Assembly (NCBI GenBank): GCA_963715375.1
Contig: CAVQSC010000003.1
Location: 50,337 to 114,336 of the forward strand
Direction of reading: 5' to 3'
Length of the DNA: 64,000 nucleotides
From: an uncultured Actinomycetota bacterium
GTDB taxonomy: Bacteria > Actinomycetota > Actinomycetes > Propionibacteriales > Nocardioidaceae
Positions 62,546 to 64,000 of the stretch are shown in pieces. Numbering within the stretch: position 1 is the first letter of the stretch; each line of letters opens with the position of its first letter. The notes beneath the pieces are model-generated. The model worked only from the letters and a program-made list of their open reading frames with translations, made no database searches and was not told the origin of the DNA. The position numbers were made by a program, and so were the translations under genes.

Positions 62546-63406
62546 CTACTCCGGTCGGGGCGCGACGACCACGGCGACCATGCCGGGACCGACGTGAGCG
62601 CCGATGACGGCTCCTACCTCACCGACGACGACGTCACGCTCACCTAGCCGGTCGGCGAGCCTCCGGCGCAGGTTCTCGGCCAGGAGCTCCGCGCGCGCGG
62701 GGTTGGCCAGGTGCGCGACCGCGACGTCGACCTGGCAGTTCGCGGCTCCGACGGCCAGCTCCTCCAGCCTGCTGAGGGCACGGCCGGCGGTGCGTACCTT
62801 CTCCTTCGTCCCGACCCGGCCGGCCTCGAGGGTGAGCAGCGGTTTGACGGCCAGGGCGGACCCCAGCAGGGCGGCCGCGGCCCCGATCCGACCACCGCGC
62901 CGGAGGTACTCCAGCGTGTCGACGTAGAACAGCGACGTCGTCTCCGCCGTACGCCTCCGCGCCACCTCCGCGGCATCCTCGGCCGAGCCGCCGGCGGTGA
63001 CCACGTCTGCGGCCGAGAGGACACCGAAACCGGTCGCCATGCCCACCTGGCGGGAGTCGACCGTCACGACCGGGATGGGCGACTCCTTGGCGGCGAGCCT
63101 GGCGGACTCGTAGGTCCCGCTCAGCTCGCTCGACACGTGGATCGACAGCACCTGGGTGGCCCCGGCGGCGGCCGCCTTCTCGTACGCCTCGAGCATCGCG
63201 GCCGGTGTCGGGCGCGAGCTGCTCACCGGCTTCCACTCGCGCAGCGCTGCAGCGACCGTCTCGGGGGTCGCGCCGCCCTCGACCCCTTCGTCGTACGAGT
63301 GGGCGCCGATGACCACCTGCAGCGGTACCACGGCGATCCCCCGCTCCGCGGCCACCTCGGGCGGCAACGAGGCCGTCGAGTCGGTGACGATTGCGATGCG
63401 CGACAT
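62546..63406 (-). CDS. DegV/FakB family fatty-acid-binding protein
   Basis: IVTDSTA, SSELSGTY, VDS, LEYLRRGGRIG, KPLL, AHVGPG. Confidence 0.95.
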   Translation of the reverse strand: MSRIAIVTDSTASLPPEVAAERGIAVVPLQVVIGAHSYDEGVEGGATPETVAAALREWKPVSSSRPTPAAMLEAYEKAAAAGATQVLSIHVSSELSGTYESARLAAKESPIPVVTVDSRQVGMATGFGVLSAADVVTAGGSAEDAAEVARRRTAETTSLFYVDTLEYLRRGGRIGAAAALLGSALAVKPLLTLEAGRVGTKEKVRTAGRALSRLEELAVGAANCQVDVAVAHLANPARAELLAENLRRRLADRLGERDVVVGEVGAVIGAHVGPGMVAVVVAPRPE

Positions 63407-63527
63407 GGCGGAAGGCTACCCGTCCCGCGCCGCTTCCCCAGGGAATCGTCCGCCACGAGGACGTGTTGTACGTCGGACACGGGTACTGCCCGAGACAGCC
63501 ACTCGCGAAGCCGAGGAGAGGAAGCCC

Positions 63528-64000
63528 ATGCGCGTCGTCATCGCCGGAGGCCACGGCAAGATCGCCCTGCTGCTCGAGGAGCGACTGAGCGGGCGGGGAG
63601 ACCTGCCGGTCGGGATCGTCCGGAACCCTGACCACGTCCCCGACCTCCAGCAGCGCGGCGCCGAGTCCGTCGTGCTCGACCTCGAGAAGGCCGACGTCGA
63701 CGAGGTCGCAGCCGTCGTCAAGGGCGCGGACGCCGTGGTCTTCGCGGCGGGTGGCGGCCCGGGGTCAGGCGTGGCGCGCAAGGAGACCGTCGACAAGAAG
63801 GCGGCGATCCTGCTCGCCGACGCAGCCGAGAAGGCCGGTGTCCGGCGCTATCTCATGGTTTCCTCGATGGGGACCGACAAAGCGGACCCGACCAGCGACG
63901 ACGTCTTCCAGGTGTACCTGCGCGCCAAGAAGGCCGCCGACGACGACCTCCGCGCCCGCGACCTCGACTGGACGATCATCCAGCCCGGCCGCCTCACCGA
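63528..64000 (+). CDS. NAD(P)H-binding atypical SDR (runs off the right edge)
   Basis: Manual translation MRVVIAGGHGKIA...VFAAGGGPGSG...VSSMG...YLRAK...WTIIQPG; GAGGAG SD. Confidence 0.9.
   Translation, partial: MRVVIAGGHGKIALLLEERLSGRGDLPVGIVRNPDHVPDLQQRGAESVVLDLEKADVDEVAAVVKGADAVVFAAGGGPGSGVARKETVDKKAAILLADAAEKAGVRRYLMVSSMGTDKADPTSDDVFQVYLRAKKAADDDLRARDLDWTIIQPGRLT

Overview
High-GC actinobacterial chromosome segment; gene content and order point to Nocardioidaceae (inference). The backbone is the conserved degV-comEA-comEC-holA-rpsT-lepA-hemW-hrcA-dnaJ-rsmE-HIT-phoH-ybeY-hemolysin-cdd-era region, with accessory blocks inserted. (1) phoH carries a 357-aa Ala-starting intein with the class-3 W/C/T signature and a LAGLIDADG endonuclease, inserted in the RGR/TL motif. 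(2) A ~16 kb catabolic block (13.1-29.3 kb) has aliA/badH/aliB/badI-like cyclohexanecarboxylate ring-cleavage genes but no badK. It also has two more acyl-CoA dehydrogenases, a divergent TetR with three 17-bp operator-like boxes (two overlapping predicted -10 elements), a MaoC hydratase and an ABC transporter interleaved with CoA ligases. (3) An ECF sigma / putative anti-sigma / secreted poly-acidic repeat protein cassette has a SigD-like promoter. (4) Lipid genes: a 10-methyl fatty acid pair and a DesA3 desaturase pair. A CIRCE element precedes hrcA, a perfect actinomycete DnaA box precedes comEA, and many genes look leaderless. At least nine accessory genes contain small indel frameshifts, most plausibly long-read errors. 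No rRNA, tRNA, CRISPR array or transposase was recognised. All calls come from reading motifs by eye; no database searches were run.
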